Positions 54,680 through 63,370 of a stretch of 64,000 nucleotides of DNA are shown one piece after another. The DNA is from Myxococcales bacterium. Lineage in GTDB: Bacteria > Myxococcota_A > Bradymonadia > Bradymonadales > Bradymonadaceae. The position numbers and the translations under genes were made by a program. Position 1 is the stretch's first letter. The number at the start of each line of letters is the position of its first letter. The stretch is taken from positions 293-64,292 of the forward strand of contig SLJM01000154.1 in NCBI GenBank assembly GCA_007135085.1, written 5' to 3'. Under the pieces are notes generated by a model that saw only the letters and a program-made list of their open reading frames with translations, searched no databases and was not told the DNA's origin.

Positions 54680-54713
54680 GGTCTCGGCCTCACCGATCTT
54701 CGTAACGCCCAAG

Positions 54714-55751
54714 ATGGACTCCATGGAACCACAAAACGAATCGGACGCCCCTGGTGGACTGCTCCTCCTCGGGGCCAACGGGGCCATCCTTCACGCCCCC
54801 ACTTTCTTTCGCCGGGCCCTTTATCTGGACAACCGGGAGGCCCCCTCTTTTTTTCATCTCTGCGATCCCACTGATCCCCCCTATCTGAGCCTCCACCGAA
54901 TATTTCGACACCCCTATGGGGCCACCGAATATCACCTGCGAGTCCAGGGTCGATTCGGAAGCAGCAAGGGCTTTCGCTACTGGCCCCTGGAGCAATCAGA
55001 TAAGCCGGGGTCGGACACGGTCGCTTTTTATATCGTCGACGATTCGGCGATCCTCCAGCACCACGACTGGGATTATCGGCGACTGCGCCGTGAGATCCTG
55101 AACGACGTCAAAGAATCGCTGTCCAACCACTTCAAGACTCGCCTGGCCACATTACAGCTGCTGGCCGAGACCCTTCGTGACGCCCCCGAGATCGCTGCCG
55201 AGTCGGCGCCCCGTATCATGGGAGCCGTGGACAAATTAAAGAAGTCCGTCAATCAGGTCATGACCGGCATCGATGATATCGAATCACCCACGGACTATCA
55301 GGACAGCCCGGTTCGCCTCACCGATCTAGCAGGTGTGGTGGGCACCTGGGGCAACTCGGGCGTCTCCGTGCACTGCCAGGTCAACGGTGTGAGTCCATCG
55401 ACGCTCATCCCCGCCTCATCGATTGAGCGAATCGTGCTGCCCATCGTTGAAAACGCCGTGGAAGCCTCCCCCAAGGGCTCCACGGTGGAGGTGATCATCG
55501 ACGAGGTCGACGATCGCTTCGCCCATTTTAGGATTATCGATCAAGGGGAAGGGATGAACGACCGCGTCAAAGAGCGTGCCGGTGATCCCTTCTTTACGAC
55601 GCGCACCAACCACCTCGGACTGGGGCTGGCCCACACCCGAGAAGCTATTCGCGATGCCGGTGGGGAGTGGAATATCGAGTCCAAGGCCCGAAAAGGCACG
55701 GAGGTGACATTGCTCCTTCCGATCACCACTTCCTCCCAACTTTTCCGATAA
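54714..55751 (+). CDS. cytoplasmic sensor histidine kinase (PAS-like N-terminus, HisKA-like, HATPase_c)
   Basis: H-box-like ESLSNHFKTRLATLQLL, N-box IVENAVEAS, G1 IIDQGEGM, G2 NHLGLGLAHTRE. No transmembrane segment seen. Confidence 0.75.
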   Translation: MDSMEPQNESDAPGGLLLLGANGAILHAPTFFRRALYLDNREAPSFFHLCDPTDPPYLSLHRIFRHPYGATEYHLRVQGRFGSSKGFRYWPLEQSDKPGSDTVAFYIVDDSAILQHHDWDYRRLRREILNDVKESLSNHFKTRLATLQLLAETLRDAPEIAAESAPRIMGAVDKLKKSVNQVMTGIDDIESPTDYQDSPVRLTDLAGVVGTWGNSGVSVHCQVNGVSPSTLIPASSIERIVLPIVENAVEASPKGSTVEVIIDEVDDRFAHFRIIDQGEGMNDRVKERAGDPFFTTRTNHLGLGLAHTREAIRDAGGEWNIESKARKGTEVTLLLPITTSSQLFR

Positions 55752-55780
55752 ACCGATCCCTGCTCGAAAAGGGATTAAAT

Positions 55781-56164
55781 TTAGATGAAGGGGCTGAGTC
55801 CTTCTTGGATCTTTGTCAGATGCTTTCGCATCAAGGCCTGGACGAAACCGACCGTGGTGTCCCGCTCGGTGACGACCAGCCAGAGGTAGCCCGTGTCTGC
55901 GATCGGCACGGACACGAAGGTCGAGCTACCGCTGTTGAGCACGATCTCCTCGGTCTGGCCTGCCAGGGGGGTTCCCTCCAGGATAGAACCGCTGAGCCGA
56001 TAGAGATCGCTGTGAAAGGCGTCGGCCCCGGCGCTATCCAGGGGATCGGTCTTCGAACTCGCCGCCAGGGCGATGCCCGTTCGGCTGTCGATGACACTGG
56101 TATGTCTGCAGCCGGGAACTTCACCGGATAGATTCTGGAGCATTTCGTGAAGCGTTGCACCCAT
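55781..56164 (-). CDS. Roadblock/LC7 (MglB/MglC-like) domain protein
   Basis: 127 aa. Pattern VPGCRHTSVIDSRTGIALAAS...EEIVLNSGSSTFVSVPIADTGYLWLVVTERDTTVGFV matches the Roadblock/LC7 alpha-beta-alpha layout (by eye). AGGAG RBS. Confidence 0.6.
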   Translation of the reverse strand: MGATLHEMLQNLSGEVPGCRHTSVIDSRTGIALAASSKTDPLDSAGADAFHSDLYRLSGSILEGTPLAGQTEEIVLNSGSSTFVSVPIADTGYLWLVVTERDTTVGFVQALMRKHLTKIQEGLSPFI

Positions 56165-56209
56165 GAGGTCAACTCCTATTGGAGTGAGGGGCCGTGGTCA
56201 GGACCGGTT

Positions 56210-57898
56210 TCAAGACAATGACAGTTTCTTGGCCAACTGTCGCATCAATACCAATGCGATCCCCAGGCTGACCTGGCGATCGACGATGGCCACGTGAATA
56301 AATGGACGCCCCTCGACGGAGCGAATCAGAAGATAATCGCCGTTGAGCACCAACTGGAATTCCATTAACTCGTCGTCTTCATCAAGGGCATTGACACAGC
56401 GCCCCCCGCGTCCGAAGACCTCGGTTAACCGGGGCCCCAATTGGGCCATATCCAGGTCGTCGCCGTAGAAGAGGTTTTCCGCCTGCAGCACCTCGCCGGT
56501 GGTTGTCGTCACCAACGCCGTCGCCTTGAGGCCCGGGCACTCCCTGGTAAACCCACCGAGGGCCACCGTCATCGGGTCGTTGGAGGCCTTGGCTTCCAGT
56601 GAGACCGCATCGTTTTGTCGTCCGTTGAGAGCAGGCGCCGCAAATAATTCGTACTCTCCGCTCTCCTCGGTGGTCATCACCGGTGCGGCCACGGCGGTCA
56701 TCCCCGGGGAAGTACTGCTGCGCCGTCGGGCAGGTTGACTGCGGGCAGTCTCTTCCGTTGCATCATTGGCCTCCGCGGCCGCTCCGTCCTCCATCTCACT
56801 GAGATGAGCGGCAAACCCCAGGGGCGACGCCTCGTCGAATGACTCCTCAACTTCCGGCACTTGTGCAGGTTGTGACGACTCCTGGGGCTGGTCATCCGAT
56901 TTCTCGGCAGAAGCCTCGGCGATTTTCTCATCTTCGACAGGAGTTCCATCCATGGCCGCTTCGCTGGCCCGACTGATCTCCTCCAGTTCAGCCTCGGAGA
57001 AGAAGATACTATTGCTCTCCTCTTCGAGTCCTCCCTGGGCCTCCTCATCAGCGGGTCCGGCCCCTTCCGAAACCTCCGACCCCAACGCTGCCGCGCCGAG
57101 CCCCATGGGAGTCATGGTACGCTTTGGCCGGTCGTCGTCGGCTCCCTCCGATGAAGCCTGCTCTTCTTGCTGAGCCTTCTCCTCTTTTTTTCGTTCATGC
57201 TCCTCACGCTGACGCTTGAGGCGCTGCTCGTCTGTGCGCTTGACCCCTTCGAGAAGCAGATCCTGCCACCCCATATTGATGGTGCGATCTACGGGCTCGA
57301 AGTCCGACTGCATGAAGATATCGCCCTGACGCAGGTCGAGCATGATATAGACCGCCTCTGCCCCGGTCTCGCCGTCGAATTCGGCGTGAACCACTTCGCC
57401 GGCGTCGAAGACGATCCGCCCTCGATGGTCGCGATGCTTGAGATGGAGCAGGGCCGTGCGCTTTGCCAGACAGAGCATCTGAATGATGTCCGTGAGCTCC
57501 AGATCGGAGAGCACTCCCTGAAAACCTTCCTTTTCGTCGAGCACCTCCAAGACGGCATGTCTCAATTCATCGACAGTAAAAGGTTTTTCGATATAGTGGG
57601 AGATGCCGATGCGCTCGGCAAAATTCTGGATCCGATTGGTCCCGAAGGCGGTGATGATCATCACCCTGGCATCGGGAACCATCTCTTTGGCCCGGAGGAT
57701 GAGCTGAAAGCCATCGACCTGCCCAGGCATTTTGATATCTGAGATCAGAAGATCGATGGATTCTCGCTCCATGATCTTCAGGCCCTCTTCGCCAGATCCG
57801 GCGGTGTGCACCTCGATATCATCACGCTCCGGGAACAGGTTGCGCTCCAGCGCCCACAGCAGATGTTCCTCTTCGTCTACGATCAGTATATGATACAT
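56210..57898 (-). CDS. response regulator: REC, PATAN/DUF4388, ~200-aa acidic linker, C-terminal Roadblock/LC7-like domain
   Basis: REC: MYHILIVDEEE...DLLISDIKMPGQVDG...MIITAFG. DUF4388: FQGVLSDLELTDIIQMLCLAKRTALLHLKHRDHRGRIVFDAGEVVHAEFDGETGAEAVYIMLDLRQGDIF. C-terminal: CPGLKATALVTTTTGEVL...EFQLVLNGDYLLIRSVEGRPFIHVAIVDRQVSLGIA. Confidence 0.85.
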   Translation of the reverse strand: MYHILIVDEEEHLLWALERNLFPERDDIEVHTAGSGEEGLKIMERESIDLLISDIKMPGQVDGFQLILRAKEMVPDARVMIITAFGTNRIQNFAERIGISHYIEKPFTVDELRHAVLEVLDEKEGFQGVLSDLELTDIIQMLCLAKRTALLHLKHRDHRGRIVFDAGEVVHAEFDGETGAEAVYIMLDLRQGDIFMQSDFEPVDRTINMGWQDLLLEGVKRTDEQRLKRQREEHERKKEEKAQQEEQASSEGADDDRPKRTMTPMGLGAAALGSEVSEGAGPADEEAQGGLEEESNSIFFSEAELEEISRASEAAMDGTPVEDEKIAEASAEKSDDQPQESSQPAQVPEVEESFDEASPLGFAAHLSEMEDGAAAEANDATEETARSQPARRRSSTSPGMTAVAAPVMTTEESGEYELFAAPALNGRQNDAVSLEAKASNDPMTVALGGFTRECPGLKATALVTTTTGEVLQAENLFYGDDLDMAQLGPRLTEVFGRGGRCVNALDEDDELMEFQLVLNGDYLLIRSVEGRPFIHVAIVDRQVSLGIALVLMRQLAKKLSLS

Positions 57899-58049
57899 CG
57901 TCCCGAGAAGCTCCGGTAACGGTGATTGTTGATTGAATCAACTGGCTGCAGGCAACGTAATTGTGCGTTTATCGCCAAAATTAAACATAGCCGCCCTCAG
58001 GCGTCCCAAACGACCTGCCATTGAACACCACCACAGGTCTATCGCCTCC

Positions 58050-59696
58050 ATGAGCTCGCCCTATATAAGCACGGTTGCCTGGACCGGACAAGCCGTTCAG
58101 CCCGTCTCCTTTGCCATGGCCGCTGTGAGTTTTGCGATCTTGATCTTAGTTCAAGCCGCCTGCTCGGCTCCGGCCCCCCCGACGATAGGGGACGACGAAA
58201 TGGTGGGGCGCCCCGCTGCTGAGGCGCCGGCCACTGAATCTCCGCCCCCTCGCCAGGGAGCCCTCTGGTATCATTTAACCCCCGAGGGCGATACCCTGGC
58301 AGTCAGAATGCGCCTCCTCCAGCCGCCGACGAGGGCGACCTTCTTTTTGCCCGGCCCCTGGGCGGGACGGGGGGATTTCGACGATCTAATCAGCCTGGGG
58401 CATGCCCAGGGCCCCGACGGTCCCCTGCCCTTAAAGGTCGATCGCGACCGAGGGCGGCTCGATGTCTCTACAGGCGGCGCAGACTGGATCGAGGTTACCT
58501 ACCGGGTTCACACTCGCTCCGATCGCGACGAAGCACACCGATTCACCCCCTGGCAGGTGGATACCGCCTTTTTCGCTTACGCCCCTACGATCCTGATCTT
58601 GCCCAGCGCCGGAGTCGCCCGTCAGCTCATCGACATTCCCGTCGAGGTTCATATCCCATCGGGCTGGAACCTCGCCCATACCTGGCCCAAACATCATCTG
58701 GAGACTACTGACGACGGCCGCCAGGTCGCCGGTTTCGTCGCCGATGACGTGCGCTCTTTGCGCGATGCATTTATCGCCGCCGGCGCCGACTGGAAGACTG
58801 TGCATCACCAGATGCCCTCGGGCCGCCTATCTGTGACCTTGAGCGATCAATTCGAGCTCGACGGGGACCAGCTTCTGTCGGTGGCCGCCGAGATCTGCGG
58901 CGAGTATCAAGCTCAATTCGGAGTTTATGAGGACGTCTCGGTTTTTATAATGCCCGTTCAGGATGATGCCAATGATTCACTTCGGGGAAGCGGCCGACGC
59001 GGCGGGTTCGTCCTGGAGATCCCCCCTGACCAAGAGGTGGATGACGATCTCCTCCTCCTGCTCGCCCACGAAGCATTTCATATGTGGAATGGTCACCATC
59101 TAGTTCCCGACGCTGACGCCGCCGACCAGACGATGTGGTTCAAAGAGGGGGTCACCCACTATATGGCACTCAAGACGTTGGCCAGGCTCGGCCTCATCGA
59201 TGGCCGCGCCGTACGCCGTGAGCTCGCCCTGACCGGTCAATACTATCTTCGAAATCCCATCATCGCAGGCGGCCAGGTGCGCGACGTGGACCGCCGACGT
59301 TTTCCCTACGATCAGGGAGTGCTCATCGCACTGGCCCTCGATCTGGCCCTCTTCGAAGCCAGCGGTGGCGCCGTCGAGCTCAAGGACTGGATCGACGTCC
59401 TCCTCTCCTCGCAGTTTGCCGATGTGATCGACGCCTACGACCTCGATGTCCTTCGCACCAGCTTTCGAGCGACGAGCCAGGATTTGGGGACCGCTCCCCT
59501 GCGGCGCTACGACGATCTGGTTCGCCGCAACGAAACCATCGCCGTCCCCCGCCTTTTCAGGCGCCTGGGCCTACACTTTCTTCACGATGGTCCAGACACA
59601 CCGGCGCGGCTGCTGCCTCTCGACGACGATCATGAGGTTTTTGACGCCATCTTTTTCAATCCTGCGGTCAATCACCAATCCGAAAGCGACGATTAA
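58050..59696 (+). CDS. M61-like gluzincin metallopeptidase, probable lipoprotein (start uncertain)
   Basis: HEAFHMWNG, then 21 residues, then WFKEGVTHY (HExxH plus downstream Glu). Possible lipobox LVQAAC. Confidence 0.7.
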   Translation: MSSPYISTVAWTGQAVQPVSFAMAAVSFAILILVQAACSAPAPPTIGDDEMVGRPAAEAPATESPPPRQGALWYHLTPEGDTLAVRMRLLQPPTRATFFLPGPWAGRGDFDDLISLGHAQGPDGPLPLKVDRDRGRLDVSTGGADWIEVTYRVHTRSDRDEAHRFTPWQVDTAFFAYAPTILILPSAGVARQLIDIPVEVHIPSGWNLAHTWPKHHLETTDDGRQVAGFVADDVRSLRDAFIAAGADWKTVHHQMPSGRLSVTLSDQFELDGDQLLSVAAEICGEYQAQFGVYEDVSVFIMPVQDDANDSLRGSGRRGGFVLEIPPDQEVDDDLLLLLAHEAFHMWNGHHLVPDADAADQTMWFKEGVTHYMALKTLARLGLIDGRAVRRELALTGQYYLRNPIIAGGQVRDVDRRRFPYDQGVLIALALDLALFEASGGAVELKDWIDVLLSSQFADVIDAYDLDVLRTSFRATSQDLGTAPLRRYDDLVRRNETIAVPRLFRRLGLHFLHDGPDTPARLLPLDDDHEVFDAIFFNPAVNHQSESDD

Positions 59697-59698
59697 TC

Positions 59699-60583
59699 AT
59701 GACGAATTCCACGCCCGCCGATCGCCAGGTCATTCCGCTTCGCGAAGCCGATTTCGCCCTCGATGGAGGGGCTATGTTCGGCATCATTCCCCGACCGATC
59801 TGGGAGCGAACCAACCCGGCGGACCAGGCCAACCGCATCGATATGGCAGCGCGCTCGGTCCTCATTCGCGATGGGAAATGCACGATCTTGATCGACGCCG
59901 GCATCGGCACCCGATGGTCTGACAAGAGTCGTGAGATCTACCGAATCGGCAACCAGGATCCACGCCTCCAACAGTCCCTGTCTCGTCATGGGCTGAGTCC
60001 CGACGAGATCGATCACGTGGTCCTCACTCACCTCCACTTCGACCACGCCGGAGGGCTGACCTACGTCGACGAAGAGGGCAACCTACAGCCGACCTTCCCC
60101 AACGCCACGCATTGGGTGCAACGCCGCAACTGGTCCTGGGCCCACGCTCCCAGCGCCCGCGACGGCGGTAGCTACCGCGACGATGACTTCAACTTCCTGG
60201 AAGGGGCCGACGCTCCACCGCTGAAGTTAATCGACGGCATCGACGAGATTTTACCAGGTATCGAGGTTCTGCCCTGCCATGGTCACACCTTCGGCATGCA
60301 GATCATCAAGATCAGCTGCGTCGACGCGACCTACCTCTTCCTCGCCGATCTCATCCCCACCACCTCTCATCTTCGCGATCCCTACGTAATGGGATACGAT
60401 CTACAGCCGCTAAAGACCGTAGAAGAAAAGAGGGAGATTCTCTACCACGCTGCCCGCCAGGACTGGATCTTATTATTCGAACACGATCCCTCTACGGCGG
60501 CAGGCCGAGTCGAATTTGACGAGCGCCGTCGCCCCCGGCTCTGTGCGCTTGAAGATAGCCCCGATTCCTATCTGGATGATTAA
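59699..60583 (+). CDS. MBL-fold metallo-hydrolase
   Basis: HxHxDH motif LTHLHFDHAGG and downstream His in PCHGHTFG. Starts 2 nt after the peptidase stop. Confidence 0.85.
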   Translation: MTNSTPADRQVIPLREADFALDGGAMFGIIPRPIWERTNPADQANRIDMAARSVLIRDGKCTILIDAGIGTRWSDKSREIYRIGNQDPRLQQSLSRHGLSPDEIDHVVLTHLHFDHAGGLTYVDEEGNLQPTFPNATHWVQRRNWSWAHAPSARDGGSYRDDDFNFLEGADAPPLKLIDGIDEILPGIEVLPCHGHTFGMQIIKISCVDATYLFLADLIPTTSHLRDPYVMGYDLQPLKTVEEKREILYHAARQDWILLFEHDPSTAAGRVEFDERRRPRLCALEDSPDSYLDD

Positions 60584-60673
60584 TGTCTGAATCTTTGCGC
60601 CCCGGCGACGTCACCTGTTATGGTGGCTCCACTGATCGTTAACTTTTGTCTCTAAGGCGCAAAGCACACAGCC

Positions 60674-62863
60674 ATGTTCCGGACCAACCTAGCCAGCGCT
60701 GCCACTGTGGCAGCCACGATTGCCGTCGCCCTCACCCTCTCGGCGGGCCCCACGGCCCTGGCGTCATCTCCCGATGAAGAAGATGACCAGACCGGGCAAA
60801 ACGCTGAGGAACCACTTCCCATCTTAGGCGACGCCCAGGCTCATCAATTGAGGAATGAGATTGGCCGCCTACGCCAACAGGCCGACCGCCTGGCCTCTGG
60901 ACATCGCTCAGCTCATCCACTGACCGTTGACGACGCGCTCCGCCAGGTCGCCTCACCACGGGGGCCCCAACAGATCTTCGACTGGATAGACGACAATATC
61001 TCCTTCGAGGCTTATTCAGGTGCCATGCGAGGCCCGGAGGGCACCCTCGTCGACCGAGCGGGCAATGCCGCCGACCAGGCGCTTCTGGCGGCCGACATGT
61101 TGATCGCTGCCGGTCATGATCTGCGTTTTGTCACGGGCCAACTGCACGACGCCGATATCACCCGTATCGTCGACGGCGCCCTGGGCAGCGCCACCTTATT
61201 CAACCGGGAGCACCTGGAGCCCCGCACCTTTGCTCGACGCTCCTCCCCGCTGCGCTCCTCGCTCATCCGAGACCTGAGCAACCACGTATGGCTCGAGGTC
61301 AAAGCAGGTCAACATTACCGTCCCTTCGATCCCGTCAGCGCCCCGACTTACGGGATGACCACCGCGAATAAGGCCGACAGCCACGACGAATTGCCCGCCT
61401 CCCATATCGTCCAATTCGAAATGAAGCTGGTCAGCCATCTCGAAGACGGGCAGGTCATTCAACACCTGGCCGTCGACGGCCCTCTGTGGCATCTGGCATT
61501 TCGGGCCCTGACCATCGGCTTTGAGCCCGATCCTACCCGTCGCCGAGGCCACCGCCCGGTGCTGGTTTTGGAAGGCGACCGCCTGACGGGCACGACTATC
61601 GCCGTCGACGCTCTGCAGCGATTACAGCTCGAATTTAGCCTGCGCGACACCGGCCACGATCACCGATTCACCCAGGTATTGTACCGGCGCGGCCAGGGGG
61701 TGGACATCTTTGACTTCGATCATCAACATTTTGCCATCGCCCTGACCCCTGGGCGGGTCACCGATGAAAAGCTCCGCCAGGTGGCCACCACGGCAGCCAG
61801 TGGTGCTCTCGACGAAACTGATAAGTGGATCTCAGCCGAGGTCGACGACGCCCTCGATGACAACGCTCAACGGCTGGCCGTCAACGGAGTCCTCGACCAT
61901 CTGGGTCCGGCCCTTCCCTTTGCCTTTGCTCGCAACCTGGACCGCCAACTGGACGCAGTGGCAGAGGTCTTCGGGGTCACTCCTGTATTGACCCGTCCCC
62001 GTGTTTTGACCGCGGGAATCCTTCGGCGCGGTGATGAATTCTTCGTCGATCTCCAGGTCGATGGCGGACGCCTCCAGGCGCTGCCGGCCGACGGTGTTCC
62101 CACGGTGGCTACCACCGCCTTTTTGGGCCATTACGGCCTGCTCACGGACCGACTTATCGGAGAGATGATCGACGCCTATTCCGATAGCCCGTCCCCCACG
62201 GTGGACGCCATCTTCCAGGAGGCCCGCCGCCAGTCGATTCGATTTACCACCATCGACTCCCAACGTATGTCCCACCTGGATTTCGTCGAAATTGGCGACG
62301 CCACTCGAGAGGTCATCGAAGATCAGATCCGCAATCGAAATATGGTGATCATGGCCCCGATTCGTCCCATAGACGACGATGGCATGGAGCGCTTCGGCTG
62401 GTGGGCGGTCAACCCCTTCGACGGCAATATGGAGGGGCATTCCCGGGACGCCGTGGTCGCCGTAGCCACCGATGAGGGCGGCGAATCGGCGTCGCGGTCC
62501 GCGCTGATGGAAAGCCATCTGCGACTTCTGGATCGCCACTTTCAGGCGGCGGGACACGCTATCGAGGAGGGTGATCGATTTGCCGAACTCATCTGCACCA
62601 CCGCCCTTCATTTCGACCAATATAGCCGTGGATTCTGCGCCACATCTCAGGCCCTTCCCCGTGCGAATCTGGGAACCTGCCTGGACAATCCTCCCACACC
62701 CGGCGGCGATCTACTCAGCATGACTCAAATCGATTGCGGTCAGCAGTTGGCCGATATTCGCTGTGCTTCGGCCTATGCCGTGGCCCTTTTGGTGGGCCGC
62801 AAGGTAGTCACCGACGATCCCGACCCTACGATACAGTCTCTGGCTGAGCCGCTCTGCGATTGA
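60674..62863 (+). CDS. secreted transglutaminase-like domain protein, nucleophile position apparently Ala
   Basis: Signal MFRTNLASAATVAATIAVALTLSAGPTALA. TGase-core-like GNAADQALLAADMLIAAGHDLRFVTG, then about 70 aa, then NHVWLEVKAGQHYRPFDP. Cys-rich C-terminal ~90 aa. Confidence 0.5.
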   Translation: MFRTNLASAATVAATIAVALTLSAGPTALASSPDEEDDQTGQNAEEPLPILGDAQAHQLRNEIGRLRQQADRLASGHRSAHPLTVDDALRQVASPRGPQQIFDWIDDNISFEAYSGAMRGPEGTLVDRAGNAADQALLAADMLIAAGHDLRFVTGQLHDADITRIVDGALGSATLFNREHLEPRTFARRSSPLRSSLIRDLSNHVWLEVKAGQHYRPFDPVSAPTYGMTTANKADSHDELPASHIVQFEMKLVSHLEDGQVIQHLAVDGPLWHLAFRALTIGFEPDPTRRRGHRPVLVLEGDRLTGTTIAVDALQRLQLEFSLRDTGHDHRFTQVLYRRGQGVDIFDFDHQHFAIALTPGRVTDEKLRQVATTAASGALDETDKWISAEVDDALDDNAQRLAVNGVLDHLGPALPFAFARNLDRQLDAVAEVFGVTPVLTRPRVLTAGILRRGDEFFVDLQVDGGRLQALPADGVPTVATTAFLGHYGLLTDRLIGEMIDAYSDSPSPTVDAIFQEARRQSIRFTTIDSQRMSHLDFVEIGDATREVIEDQIRNRNMVIMAPIRPIDDDGMERFGWWAVNPFDGNMEGHSRDAVVAVATDEGGESASRSALMESHLRLLDRHFQAAGHAIEEGDRFAELICTTALHFDQYSRGFCATSQALPRANLGTCLDNPPTPGGDLLSMTQIDCGQQLADIRCASAYAVALLVGRKVVTDDPDPTIQSLAEPLCD

Positions 62864-63365
62864 GGGCCTGTGCCAACCTCGGCTCGTCCCATTTGTCGAC
62901 TCGTGAGAAACGGGCCTTTTCTTCGTCGAAGCGATAAAGAGACGCTTCTTTTGCCCGGCCCTCACAGACGGAGACCACCAGGTAATCGGCCCCGGGATAG
63001 ATGGGCTCCACCGGATCATCGACATCATCGCGAGGCATCAGCGCCGCCTCGAGATCACTGTCGCTGAAATAATCACCCGTGTCGGGGTGGCTGTGAACAA
63101 TGGCCGACACCGACTCGCCACGATCTTCGGCCTTCATGAACTCCCGGGGATCGATCATATAAAAATCTTTGGCCGTCCGCGGATAAGCCTCGGGATCGAG
63201 CTCGTGATAGCGATCGATGACGTTGTCACACCCCAAAAATCTCGGTATTTCACCTTTTTTCTCCAGCACCAGCCCGCATCCCTCTTCGGGATAGGCATCC
63301 TCTAGCCAGGGGACCAATGCGGCGATGAGATCGGCGCTAATCGTCGGTGATTGCTCGGCGCTCAT
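62826..63365 (-). CDS. JAB/MPN (JAMM) metalloprotease, Mec-like
   Basis: Conserved Glu context PEEGCGLV and JAMM motif HSHPDTGDYFSDSD (HxHPx6SxxD). Starts 5 nt after the cysteine synthase stop. Confidence 0.8.
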   Translation of the reverse strand: MSAEQSPTISADLIAALVPWLEDAYPEEGCGLVLEKKGEIPRFLGCDNVIDRYHELDPEAYPRTAKDFYMIDPREFMKAEDRGESVSAIVHSHPDTGDYFSDSDLEAALMPRDDVDDPVEPIYPGADYLVVSVCEGRAKEASLYRFDEEKARFSRVDKWDEPRLAQALNRRAAQPETVS

Positions 63366-63370
63366 ATTTC

